In this document: positions 55,182 to 64,000 of the stretch, piece by piece | Position numbering within the stretch: the stretch's first letter is position 1 | How the letters are laid out: each line of letters starts with the position of its first letter | Sequence record: NZ_CP118109.1 | Length of the DNA: 64,000 nucleotides | DNA from: a plasmid | Direction: 5' to 3' (one strand) | Position numbers and translations under genes: made by a program | The notes under the pieces: generated by a model | What the model was told of the DNA's origin: nothing | Databases searched by the model: none | The model's input: the letters and a program-made list of their open reading frames with translations, nothing else

Positions 55182-56933
55182 TTATTTGTAGAATTTAATG
55201 ACCAGGTTATCGAGGTAAACCGGAATACGATTTCCCCATTCAATTTGGGGATCATCCAATGTAAAAGTAACAGGCTCACTGGATGGAGATACGATAGATC
55301 CTGATTTTGCTGTAACCTGAATGCTGTATTCTTTGTCCTCAATCAGATTAGAAAGAATCGCCTCATTAACTCCTTCCACTTCTATCCCAAGGAATACTCC
55401 ACGGTTATAAATACGGAAGGTAGCATCTGGACCATCATAAGTCCATGTGAGCTTGACGGTGTTATCCTCTTGGATAATTGCCTGCAGGTCGCTTGGAGCC
55501 GGAAGTGACTCTTCTAGCGCCTGATACATTTCAACTTCATGAATGATCCAGGATTGATCCACCATGCGCGCTTCCCAAGCTTCCCCGGTATCAGGGAAGC
55601 TGACGATCGGTGAGGCAGCTACTAAGCGCCAGTATCTTGCTATGGCATTGACGCTTAGATCGATAGATACAAGTGGCTGACTGTGGGTGCTGACAGATTC
55701 AACATAAGTCCATGTGTTGCCATCTTCAGATGTTTCGATATCTATAAGGTCTACCCCACAATCCTCTGACTGCTTAAATGTAATGTTCCGCAGTCCGGTT
55801 GGCACCTTTAGATCAAAACCAATCCATGCCAGACCGTCTACGTTACCGGCTTGCACTGATCCCCAAGCTGTAGTTTCATTGTTATCAATTGCATTCTTGG
55901 CATCCCATTCACCAGCAATGCCAAGTCGATCCCCGCCGCTGAACACTTCAGATCCTTCAGTTAGATCGATATCTGTCGCAGCTGCCATCGTTTTAAATGC
56001 CATAGCGTTAATTTCGGCTTCCTGTGCAATCAGGTTGACGAACTGAATTGTTTGGCCGGCATTGTAATCCACGATAAATTGCTTGTTAAAATAAGTGATC
56101 GTGAGCTTGCCAGTGCCGTTGCCGGAGATTGTAAGCTTCGATGCAGGAACAAATGCATTATTATAATAGAACAAATCTGGAGTAAGTCTTGTTTCCAGAG
56201 GGATCTTAATAGCATTGTTGTAATCATCCCCTTCGTTCACATACACCATGTTCTCTTTTTGGAAGTCAAAGCGACCGACGCCATCAATATTTATCCAGAA
56301 GATTGAATTTCCTTTAGGAACTACATTGCGCGGAGCAATGTTCATCTCAACAGAGAAAGCAGTATAAGCATCGATTTCCTGCGGGAGGATCTGTTCGAAT
56401 CCTTTCAACTGATACATTAAGCGCTGACTATTATATTCAGCCGTTTCGGAGCTAAAGCCAATCGGGTACTCAGGTGTAGCAAACGTTGTATACACAAGCG
56501 TTTGTGTGAGCACTGGCGGCTGATACTCCTGTTCAAGGACGGCCAAGTTGTTTGCTTTCAGCTCTGCCTTATAGCTTGGAGTATCATGGTAAATGTCTTC
56601 TCCTAATGGGTTGGCAGCAGCCGTCTTACTAATTAGCCCTACAATCACATCTTGAGAGGCATTCTTATTGTTTTTCACATGGAAGACCCATTTGTTTTGC
56701 TCAGCAATTCGGATGCGCTGCAGATCAACGTCATGACTTGAATTACCGGCAGGAAATACGAAAGTGCCTGTCTTTGATTCTGTTCGAGCTTGTGTGTTAT
56801 CAATGAACTCAGTTACACGAGCAATAAAGACTAATTCAATGTCTCCATTATTTCTAGCTCGATAGCTTTGGACTTCGAATGAGTAATCAATGCGGTGTGA
56901 CTTTTCTTCATTAAAGAAGTAAGAGTATCTCAA
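55182..56933 (-). CDS. large protein with F5/8 type C (discoidin) and fibronectin type III domains
   Basis: NAIDNNETTAWGS...WIGFDL; FN3-like PAPSDLQ...TWTYDG. Confidence 0.55.
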   Translation of the reverse strand: MRYSYFFNEEKSHRIDYSFEVQSYRARNNGDIELVFIARVTEFIDNTQARTESKTGTFVFPAGNSSHDVDLQRIRIAEQNKWVFHVKNNKNASQDVIVGLISKTAAANPLGEDIYHDTPSYKAELKANNLAVLEQEYQPPVLTQTLVYTTFATPEYPIGFSSETAEYNSQRLMYQLKGFEQILPQEIDAYTAFSVEMNIAPRNVVPKGNSIFWINIDGVGRFDFQKENMVYVNEGDDYNNAIKIPLETRLTPDLFYYNNAFVPASKLTISGNGTGKLTITYFNKQFIVDYNAGQTIQFVNLIAQEAEINAMAFKTMAAATDIDLTEGSEVFSGGDRLGIAGEWDAKNAIDNNETTAWGSVQAGNVDGLAWIGFDLKVPTGLRNITFKQSEDCGVDLIDIETSEDGNTWTYVESVSTHSQPLVSIDLSVNAIARYWRLVAASPIVSFPDTGEAWEARMVDQSWIIHEVEMYQALEESLPAPSDLQAIIQEDNTVKLTWTYDGPDATFRIYNRGVFLGIEVEGVNEAILSNLIEDKEYSIQVTAKSGSIVSPSSEPVTFTLDDPQIEWGNRIPVYLDNLVIKFYK

Positions 56934-57452
56934 TTAGTTCCCCTCCCGTATTAGGGTTATTTTTAGCTGAGAGCTGTCCTTCCAAGAGGTTAGGGATGTA
57001 CCGATAATAGATTCAACGCTGCCCCCTGGCTCGAATGTGAGCCCTTGTGATACTGGCTCAAATTCTACATTGTCTCGAAGGCCAAACAGGAGTGCAACAA
57101 AGCCTCCTTGTTCTATTTCGATTTCAGATAAAGCAACCATGTGAGCCTGGCTATCTTCTACCATTTCATGATTCCGCTCTTTCAAATGCTGCAAATACTT
57201 TTGAACGGTGAATTTCATGAGCTCCATACGGCTCAATCGGCTTGACGCTTTATCAGCCATCTCATCATTCTTCATAGCCCGCATGGTTTCCGCCTGATCA
57301 ACGACTTCCTCAGTTAGCTCGTCCAACTGCACCTCATAAAGCTTAATGGTTTCTTCTAGCCGAATCTTTTGGGAGATTTCTTCCTGTAGGTAAGTCCGGA
57401 GATAGTTCCGGTTCTGGTCTGGCGTGTTGGCCATGATCTTAATTTGATCCAA
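56934..57452 (-). CDS. hypothetical protein
   Basis: ORF track. Confidence 0.5.
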   Translation of the reverse strand: MDQIKIMANTPDQNRNYLRTYLQEEISQKIRLEETIKLYEVQLDELTEEVVDQAETMRAMKNDEMADKASSRLSRMELMKFTVQKYLQHLKERNHEMVEDSQAHMVALSEIEIEQGGFVALLFGLRDNVEFEPVSQGLTFEPGGSVESIIGTSLTSWKDSSQLKITLIREGN

Positions 57453-57464
57453 ATCAATTCCTCC

Positions 57465-58568
57465 TTAGTTTTGATAAATCTTAGAGGCGAATCGGCGCTG
57501 AGCTTCATCTTCCGCTTGGATAAACAGAGAGTAATCGGGAATAAAATTAAAGAACTTAGTACTCTTCATGGATGCGTGCTTATTCTTAGCGAACTTCACT
57601 TCCACGACAGGCATCTTCAAGTCTTCATCTTCATCGACCCAATAGATTTCAGCATTCTCTTCCTTGATGCCGACTTCGTTGTACATAAGGCAGACCATTG
57701 TTGCTTCATAACGAAGAGTGATTGTATCCTTCAGATCATCCTCTATCGGACGCTTGCCGTTCGTTTTACGCAAGTGAGCTGTACACATAACGACAACATC
57801 AAATCTTGTAGCCCAGCCTTTGATCGTTTTAGATACGTGAGCCGTCTTATCATCATTGTTGCTGAAGGTCTTGCTCTCTACTGTCAAGTCATTGAAGGAG
57901 TCAATTGCAATTACGATTCGAGTGCCTTCAGGCATCGTCATCTTAATATCCTTGATGTGCTCTTCAATGGCTTCAACGCTGGTCATATCATTGGAATCGA
58001 ACATGCCGAAGCGGTCTACTCTGCGATACAGGTTCTTGATTCCTTCATTACGCTTATTGATAATCTCTTCATCGTCTTCATACTTAGCTGGCGACTTTGC
58101 TTGGCCGATCGTGATTTGTTGATCGTTGGCAATATAGCGCGGCATAAGATCGTTATTGGCATCATCAAGCGAATGATACGAAACATAGACCTTTTCATTT
58201 CTCTCTGATATTCCTTTACATACTTGAAGCATGTAGGCGGATTTACCGACGTTTGGTGCAGCGGCAAATAAGATAAGCCCAGGCTGAGCCCCGCCTTCAA
58301 AGGCGTCATCGAATGATTGCAACCCTGAAATTAATCCCCCGTTTTTCCCTCTGGCCCATGAGTGAGCATCCATATTCATGATATTGCGGAGCATCTTTTC
58401 TTCGATTCTGTTTAACGGACGACCAAGTATTCCCTCGACATTTGTAACAATAACCTTTTTTCTCATTTCGGGCTCAAAGCCGAATGCATTTGGATCTTGC
58501 TGCATTTGTCTTTCAACTTGATGCATGATGTCCGTAAAACTAAATTGTCCTGGCTGTGTATTGCTCAT
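57465..58568 (-). CDS. DnaB-family replicative helicase (RecA-like C-terminal domain)
   Basis: LILFAAAPNVGKSAYMLQV Walker A in DnaB-C context; RBS ggaaggag; track ORF over-extended. Confidence 0.75.
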   Translation of the reverse strand: MSNTQPGQFSFTDIMHQVERQMQQDPNAFGFEPEMRKKVIVTNVEGILGRPLNRIEEKMLRNIMNMDAHSWARGKNGGLISGLQSFDDAFEGGAQPGLILFAAAPNVGKSAYMLQVCKGISERNEKVYVSYHSLDDANNDLMPRYIANDQQITIGQAKSPAKYEDDEEIINKRNEGIKNLYRRVDRFGMFDSNDMTSVEAIEEHIKDIKMTMPEGTRIVIAIDSFNDLTVESKTFSNNDDKTAHVSKTIKGWATRFDVVVMCTAHLRKTNGKRPIEDDLKDTITLRYEATMVCLMYNEVGIKEENAEIYWVDEDEDLKMPVVEVKFAKNKHASMKSTKFFNFIPDYSLFIQAEDEAQRRFASKIYQN

Positions 58569-58742
58569 AGCTGCTCCTTCCATACGGCTTATCTCTCTCC
58601 CGTGTAATACCTGCGAGTGTTCGTAAGCATTACACAGGGAGAGATCCCTGTGTGTTGTGTGTTGGGTGAAGTTGAGGTTCGAGCAGGGTCCTAAGCTGCC
58701 CCTTACAAGGTGCGTATAAAAACACAACCCTCTAAGGGACGC
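58569..58742. other. GC-rich structured intergenic element with about 20-bp imperfect hairpin and split palindrome half-sites
   Basis: atctctctcccgtgtaatac ... gtaagcattacacagggagagat; CA-rich tract. Confidence 0.4.
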
Positions 58743-59840
58743 TTAGGCCTTTTTCTCTTCCTCTGCTTTTTTATTCAACTCTTTATTAAAGAGAGGACAT
58801 TTATCTTTATCGCATACGCCGCTCAGTCTAGCAAAAGCTTCACAGCCGTATCGGTATTGTCCGTTATAAACTGAGTTCACAATAGTTTCGATATCTCTTC
58901 TGTTCAATCGAGGCATGCAGTTCTCTTCGCCCCATATGAGCATCCGCGCCATTGCTTCATCTCGTTCCATTCCTTGCTGCATATAGAAGCTGGTAAGTGC
59001 AGTCCCAGAGTTATTACGCTCGTCCACAGTTTCTTTAAATGTACGCTCAAGCATGGTCTGAATGCATGGCGGCAGAGTTTCTAGCTTGCGAATCTTCCCT
59101 TGGTATTCCTTTGCTTTTATATTCCGTTCGGTCCATTTTTGGATGTACCGATCAAGGGATAACTTAGCTCTATTTGATGTTACCAGTGGAGCAGGTTGAA
59201 GGAATCTCGGTTCTTTTGCCAGTTCCTTAATTTGTTCTAGTGTACAAGTGCGAAGCTCCTGCTGCGTTATGGGTATCTTATAATGACCACCCTTCTTATT
59301 GAAGGAGTTGACCATTCGAAACATGCGCTTATCATCGTATATTGCTGTATCCATTGTTCCAAACAGTGTGTACTTCGCGATATCAAGTGCAATCTCACGG
59401 TAGATTTGATTCAGGGATACGTGCGGATTTAGCCCAAGCACATGTCCGCTGACAGTCAAGTGAATCCCTTTGTGTCCCGAATAAAATACATTGATCTGAT
59501 CAGGCTCGATTGAAAGAATATGCTTAAGATAACGAAAGGCAATATGCACGTCATACTTTAATTTGGTGTAATCCTCTTCTGTCTCTAATGGCTTATCAAA
59601 GTCCAGATAAAGATCGCCCCATTTCAGAGCATCCCTTGCATTCAATACCCATTTCCCTTTTTCATTTTGAAAGAACTCAGGGTTAATGTATTGCATTACA
59701 GTCTCATAGACGCCTATGTTGTTGTAGTAATTCCGAAACTTGATGGTCTCGGAAGGATGCATATAATGCTTTCGTGTAAATGGAAACTTTTCCGAATTGG
59801 TGTCCGCTCCGCATTCCACAAAAAGCTGGAACTCATTCAC
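58743..59840 (-). CDS. archaeo-eukaryotic-type primase-polymerase (AEP/PrimPol) with C-terminal Cys motif
   Basis: LYLDFD (DxD), SGHKGIHL (SGxGxH), YDDKRMFRMVNSFN motif III. Confidence 0.7.
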   Translation of the reverse strand: MNEFQLFVECGADTNSEKFPFTRKHYMHPSETIKFRNYYNNIGVYETVMQYINPEFFQNEKGKWVLNARDALKWGDLYLDFDKPLETEEDYTKLKYDVHIAFRYLKHILSIEPDQINVFYSGHKGIHLTVSGHVLGLNPHVSLNQIYREIALDIAKYTLFGTMDTAIYDDKRMFRMVNSFNKKGGHYKIPITQQELRTCTLEQIKELAKEPRFLQPAPLVTSNRAKLSLDRYIQKWTERNIKAKEYQGKIRKLETLPPCIQTMLERTFKETVDERNNSGTALTSFYMQQGMERDEAMARMLIWGEENCMPRLNRRDIETIVNSVYNGQYRYGCEAFARLSGVCDKDKCPLFNKELNKKAEEEKKA

Positions 59841-60523
59841 TGTGCGATCACCTGTTTTCGAATCACTCGGTTAATCCCATGTATCTGATGAATATTCTTC
59901 TTTTGTGATATCGTCTCTCTAGCTTCATCTACATATTTCTCAATATCAAAAGCGTTTCGAAGAAGGCTCCGTTGCCAGCTTAAGCGAATGCGCTTTGCTT
60001 CATCGATGGCAAACAGGATTTCGTCCAGATCATAGATGCCGAGTAAGTAATTAAATTTTCCTTCATCCTGCTTAATCATATGAGGATTGCTCTGAATGTT
60101 CATCTTTTCATACCAGTACTCAAGCAGTTCTTCCATCGTAAAGCGTTTCTTCATCTCCAAGAAGAACGGCTCCACTTCTTGAATATATTTGCCGTCCGGT
60201 CCTTTACGCATCTTAGGCGCAGGAGAAGTTTCCCTCAGCCGGTTGTGATAGTAGAAGATATCCGGATTCATGATATTCTTCGGTGGTTTCTTTGTGGCGA
60301 AAATCTCTTCAAGCATATAAATTCGTTTGACCATATCCGGGTAATCTTGGGCAAACTTCTCGATCTCTGCTTGAATCTCTTCCAGCTCCCATCCATCCTT
60401 AACTAATTTCTGAATAGATGATATGTTAGTCCGGATACGAGAGTCGGCATTCTGTATCGGAATACCGACTATCGTGCATACGAACCATCCTGAGAGCTGA
60501 TAAATCAACCCATCTCGATTCAT
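59837..60523 (-). CDS. hypothetical protein
   Basis: ORF track. Confidence 0.5.
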   Translation of the reverse strand: MNRDGLIYQLSGWFVCTIVGIPIQNADSRIRTNISSIQKLVKDGWELEEIQAEIEKFAQDYPDMVKRIYMLEEIFATKKPPKNIMNPDIFYYHNRLRETSPAPKMRKGPDGKYIQEVEPFFLEMKKRFTMEELLEYWYEKMNIQSNPHMIKQDEGKFNYLLGIYDLDEILFAIDEAKRIRLSWQRSLLRNAFDIEKYVDEARETISQKKNIHQIHGINRVIRKQVIAQ

Positions 60524-61725
60524 TAGGCGGCAAACTTCTCCAAGAAGATATTAAATTCAGCTAAATTCCCCGGAGTTAAATCGCCTGGAACTGCATCCTC
60601 TTTCTTCAAGAACTCTCTGAGTAAAGGAAGCATGTCGTTATCGGTTTGTATATTGAGCCTTGCCTTGTGCTGATGTATCTTTTGTATCTCAACCTGATCC
60701 CATTGCGGCGGAATAGCACTTTGCTGCGGAGCACTCTGTGCCTCAGTTTGAACCGGCGCGCCAACTGGTTTAGCTTCAGCCTTGAATGCTTGCGGCGTTG
60801 CTTCCGCTTGAGGGGTCGCTTGGAACGACTGCTCTTTAGCAGCTTCTGGTTGCTTGTTCGGCAGATTGCGCTGATCCCAAGCAATGGCTTCTGGTGTGTT
60901 TGGCTCATGAGGATTAAATGGATATTGATCTTCATGAAGCTCTGGCGCTACATTAAAATTTCCGTTAGCCTCGTTATTTACATCTACAGCCCAGTTCGTT
61001 TGCTGTTGTGGTGCGCCCCACTGTCCGTTAAAGCCACCTTGCTGTTGTTGTGAAAACTGCTGCTGCTGTTCAGGCGTAGGTTGGAAATAAGCTTGCTGTT
61101 GCTGTTGTTGATACGGATCAGTATAAGGCTGTCCGAAGCTTTGCTGAGGCTGAGCATAAGTTTCTTGCGGCTGCTGGAACCCACCTTGCGGTTGGTGTTG
61201 GAATTGATACTGTCCGCTTTGCTGCATTTGATCATAAGCGTTTTGTTCCTCATCAGCATCCGTTTCGACTTTAATTTTGGAATAGATAGACTCGCCTACG
61301 CCAAAGAGTGATGCCGCTTTTACTAAGACATTAGAAGCAGCTGCCTTATAAGCACTGTCTTGATTATCCTTGCCGCCGACAGCAATTTTGCAACCATATT
61401 GCTCACGCTGGCCAAGTCCGGGAATGAACAGGAAGCCGCGAGCGTGATAAACATATCCATCAAAGGACCATGTCTTGGAATCCTTATCATACTTGTAGAC
61501 TTCTTCTCTCCAATTATCAATCAAGCCGAAGTCCCAATACGTATATCCTGACACAGCGTTATCTAAAATTTGGCGAACGGTGTTTACGCCCATATACTTA
61601 CTTGCAGGTTTCTTTCCGCTCCCCGGTTTGGTTTCTAGCCATTCGTCCTTACATTCCTTCAAAGACTCACGGATCTTTTTGATCTGATCCATGTCCGGAA
61701 GGTATTTCTCAATTGTAGGTCTCAT
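60523..61725 (-). CDS. Rad52/22-family single-strand annealing protein with long Q/P-rich C-terminal region
   Basis: SKYMGVNTVRQILDNAVSGYTYW and AYKAAASNVLVKAASLFGVGESIY resemble Rad52 N-domain; RBS caggaggc. Confidence 0.65.
   Translation of the reverse strand: MRPTIEKYLPDMDQIKKIRESLKECKDEWLETKPGSGKKPASKYMGVNTVRQILDNAVSGYTYWDFGLIDNWREEVYKYDKDSKTWSFDGYVYHARGFLFIPGLGQREQYGCKIAVGGKDNQDSAYKAAASNVLVKAASLFGVGESIYSKIKVETDADEEQNAYDQMQQSGQYQFQHQPQGGFQQPQETYAQPQQSFGQPYTDPYQQQQQQAYFQPTPEQQQQFSQQQQGGFNGQWGAPQQQTNWAVDVNNEANGNFNVAPELHEDQYPFNPHEPNTPEAIAWDQRNLPNKQPEAAKEQSFQATPQAEATPQAFKAEAKPVGAPVQTEAQSAPQQSAIPPQWDQVEIQKIHQHKARLNIQTDNDMLPLLREFLKKEDAVPGDLTPGNLAEFNIFLEKFAA
60950..61240 (-). repeat. CAG/CAA-rich low-complexity coding tract (poly-Q/P)
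   Basis: direct read. Confidence 0.7.
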
Positions 61726-61789
61726 AGACGCCTCCTGTATACTGACTGCTTTCTTATTATATTCTTCAACAGATGCCGAAGCAACACCT

Positions 61790-61809
61790 AAATGTAATGC
61801 GTTACATTT
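61790..61809. promoter_or_regulatory. palindrome AAATGTAATGCGTTACATTT upstream of SSAP operon
   Basis: direct read. Confidence 0.6.
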
Positions 61810-61850
61810 GTATGATAGCACGCTGAATTTTAGGAATCAAGAGAAAAATT

Positions 61851-61882
61851 GAAAAAACGCAAGATATCGAGAGATATCTTGC
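61851..61882 (-). terminator. terminator
   Basis: A-run then cgcaagatatc-gaga-gatatcttgcg. Confidence 0.6.
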
Positions 61883-61902
61883 GCTAGAAAGAGATAGAAG
61901 TA

Positions 61903-62181
61903 TTAAGCTTCTTTCTTTTTAAACGTGCCAACGAGATTATGGAAGCTGACAACAATATCGACAGTGCTTCCTGCAACTCTCAGAACGAACGACTCAGAGA
62001 CTTTAAGTGCGAACACTCCATTAACCTCTGCGTAGACTACTCTGACAGTATCAAGAACAGCCTGTTTCTTCTCTGCACCGTTGCCCTCTGTTTCGAAAAG
62101 AGCAACCAAGGTGAAGACCAATTGAACGACAGCCGGCGTAATTGCTAGATATTCAAGAGCTTTGCGAACGCTTGTTAACAT
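61903..62181 (-). CDS. small membrane protein
   Basis: ORF track; hydrophobic segments. Confidence 0.45.
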   Translation of the reverse strand: MLTSVRKALEYLAITPAVVQLVFTLVALFETEGNGAEKKQAVLDTVRVVYAEVNGVFALKVSESFVLRVAGSTVDIVVSFHNLVGTFKKKEA

Positions 62182-62192
62182 TTCGTTTCCCC

Positions 62193-62690
62193 CTATTTCT
62201 CTTCCGTATTTTTGGAAGATCGATTAGATTTATTTTCAATCTCAGATTGAACAAAGTTAATGATGCTGTTTGGAATCCACTTCTCCCATCCAGCTCGTAC
62301 AGAGTTAGCCGTTAAGCTGTTGAAGGTGTGGAAGATCAAGCCCGTCGTTACAAAATAGAAGATAACGCCTGGCGTGTTTAATACATAGTCAAGCATGTTG
62401 GCTGCTGCCGGAAAACAAAGTATGAATAAAGTCCTCAGTACGCCATTGATACCATATTCGGAAGAATAACTTCCATCTTTCTTGGAAGCGGCGATCCCAC
62501 TGATCCAGTCCATAAAGATAAAGAATGCATAGATGGCAATCATAAATTTCCGCTCTTCTCCGCCGCCGTATACGGTTTCTACGATCGACCCGAAAACTCC
62601 ACCTATTGTTGCCCATACTGCAGTAGATGAAGAAGCTATATTATCTAAGCTAAGTGTTTTTCCGAGCTCAAAGCGACTCATCGGTTTCAC
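62193..62690 (-). CDS. holin-like membrane protein (LL-H-type family)
   Basis: FIFMDWISGIAASKKDG motif and TM pattern. Confidence 0.5.
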   Translation of the reverse strand: MKPMSRFELGKTLSLDNIASSSTAVWATIGGVFGSIVETVYGGGEERKFMIAIYAFFIFMDWISGIAASKKDGSYSSEYGINGVLRTLFILCFPAAANMLDYVLNTPGVIFYFVTTGLIFHTFNSLTANSVRAGWEKWIPNSIINFVQSEIENKSNRSSKNTEEK

Positions 62691-62697
62691 CTCTTTC

Positions 62698-63936
62698 TCA
62701 TCGAGAATAATTAAGCCTTACCGCATGCAGGCATGGATTCACGCCGTTGTACATCAGCAGCTTTGTACGAACCCATATCCGCTCCGAAAACTGACCTGAC
62801 CATTCAGTATTCTTGAGGGGAGTAAGGAAGCCATCTGCTTCCTCTCTCAGTAATTCGTACTCAAAAACTCGTCCTTCCATAAGCTGATCCAAGTTGCGAT
62901 CAATACCAAATGCATCACGATTGAGAAAGACGTGTTCTACAGATTCAATGTTATAGATGCCTTCCATATCGAATGGTGTTAATATTGTGCCGCCGCCTGG
63001 TTCAAACATCGTCAAGTAAACGCCGATCTCTTGCGCTCCGAGAACGAATACCTTCTTACCGCCAATATCAAGGGGATTTTTTTGAACCAGCGTAATGCGA
63101 ATCTTCTGAACGGGAACGCCAGGGAAAAACCATTTCTTGCGAGGTGTATATTCGTTGCTGTTTACAGCGGCCATATCTGGTTGAATAAATCCCTGAATGG
63201 TATTCCAAGCGCTATTATAATGAATCTCCACATTCTTGACCTGAACGCCTCTTTCCGGATGTGGATGGATTTGCACCGTGTTGATGTTGAGATTGTTTAC
63301 TAGATGGCTAGGAAGTTCAATCTCAAGGATGACATCTTCTTGATCCGGACATTCAGCAATATTATATGTTACTGTTCTGTGCCAGTAAGACTCATTATCT
63401 CCGTTGAAGGCATTAAGCAGGTTATTGTCGATGACTTCACCCTTGGTATTTGTGCGACCTACTTGAACCTTCAGCTCCGTAGGAACCACCACAGTACCGG
63501 TCTTTTCATTGACCGTGTGTGTCTTTGGTATCTGATGAATCAGAGGAACAGTCGCATAGCGATAATTCAGGTCTACATCACAACGTAGGCTCGTCTCTCC
63601 GTTCTCTTGGGAGATGTTTGGGTAAACTGTCGTCATGTCTTGTACGAAGCCGGTCTTAAAGAAGATCGGATCGTAAGGCCCTGCTGATTCAATTCGATTC
63701 ATCTGTGCTTCTAACTCTACGGTCTTACGCTCAAGCATCATCGCATAGTTGTGTAGGGCTGTATTCGCTGCAAGGATGATCTGATGGGCTTCCGAAAGAT
63801 TCTGGATATTCAGATTGCTTTGACGATACAGCTCTACAAGCTCTAGGTATTTATTATCTTCGTTGTTATTGTAATCCGAGGAAGAAGTAGCTCCCCTAAA
63901 CTGGGCGCCTCCTGGTTTACTTGTAGGCATTCTCAT
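62698..63936 (-). CDS. protein with F5/8 type C-like domain
   Basis: NAFNGDNESYWH motif. Confidence 0.5.
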   Translation of the reverse strand: MRMPTSKPGGAQFRGATSSSDYNNNEDNKYLELVELYRQSNLNIQNLSEAHQIILAANTALHNYAMMLERKTVELEAQMNRIESAGPYDPIFFKTGFVQDMTTVYPNISQENGETSLRCDVDLNYRYATVPLIHQIPKTHTVNEKTGTVVVPTELKVQVGRTNTKGEVIDNNLLNAFNGDNESYWHRTVTYNIAECPDQEDVILEIELPSHLVNNLNINTVQIHPHPERGVQVKNVEIHYNSAWNTIQGFIQPDMAAVNSNEYTPRKKWFFPGVPVQKIRITLVQKNPLDIGGKKVFVLGAQEIGVYLTMFEPGGGTILTPFDMEGIYNIESVEHVFLNRDAFGIDRNLDQLMEGRVFEYELLREEADGFLTPLKNTEWSGQFSERIWVRTKLLMYNGVNPCLHAVRLNYSR

Positions 63937-64000
63937 AGCTCTGAAGTCTCCTCTCTAATTCAGACAGATGCTCATTCATCTGATTCATCCTTTTTGCCAC
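63917..64000 (-). CDS. coiled-coil protein, 5' partial (continues beyond window)
   Basis: open frame from window end to TAA overlapping next start. Confidence 0.4.
   Translation of the reverse strand: MAKRMNQMNEHLSELERRLQSYENAYK

Noticed and set aside
1-64000. Interpretation of the window as ordinary bacterial chromosome because of hag, csrA, remA, dnaN, dnaE and nrd genes
   Set aside because: The strand-polar packing of dozens of small overlapping ORFs, duplicated replication functions (two primases, own clamp, polymerase and helicase) and a shared operator motif across operons point to a large phage or phage-like element. A holin, an amidase, RusA and an SSAP are also present. On this reading the host-like genes are cargo. 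This remains an inference without database searches.

Overview
The window reads as part of a large, AT-rich (about 40% GC) phage or phage-like mobile element of a Bacillus/Paenibacillus-type Firmicute. Gene density is high, many genes overlap at ATGA junctions, and the layout is strongly strand-polar. Positions 1–31000 are mostly + strand and hold many small early-type ORFs. This module also holds a DnaG primase, a methyltransferase-like protein paired with a large SF2 helicase, a beta sliding clamp, and a roughly 1.6 kb ORF-free structured-RNA region. It also carries a receptor plus overlapping secreted pre-peptide cassette of the RRNPP/Rap-Phr/PlcR-PapR type, a membrane protein with EAKA repeats, and an integrase-like protein. 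A host-like sigma-D-driven csrA-hag (flagellin) cassette and an oriC-like origin with three perfect DnaA boxes and an adjacent HTH initiator lie there too. Positions 31000–64000 are almost entirely minus strand and hold dTMP kinase, an N-acetylmuramoyl-L-alanine amidase, a DnaE-type Pol III alpha, and a RemA/DUF370 homolog. This module also holds two Cas4-like PD-(D/E)xK nucleases, a sigma-factor-like protein, RusA, a subtilisin-like S8 protease, and a class Ib RNR operon (nrdI-nrdE-nrdF). A DnaB-like helicase, an AEP primase-polymerase, a Rad52-type SSAP with a Q-rich tail, a holin and F5/8-type-C domain proteins complete it. A 20-bp palindrome (AAATGTAAYGCRTTACATTT) recurs just downstream of -10-like elements in front of many operons. 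At least nine unrelated proteins begin with MELMxxY. All calls rest on reading the sequence and ORF track; no database searches were run.
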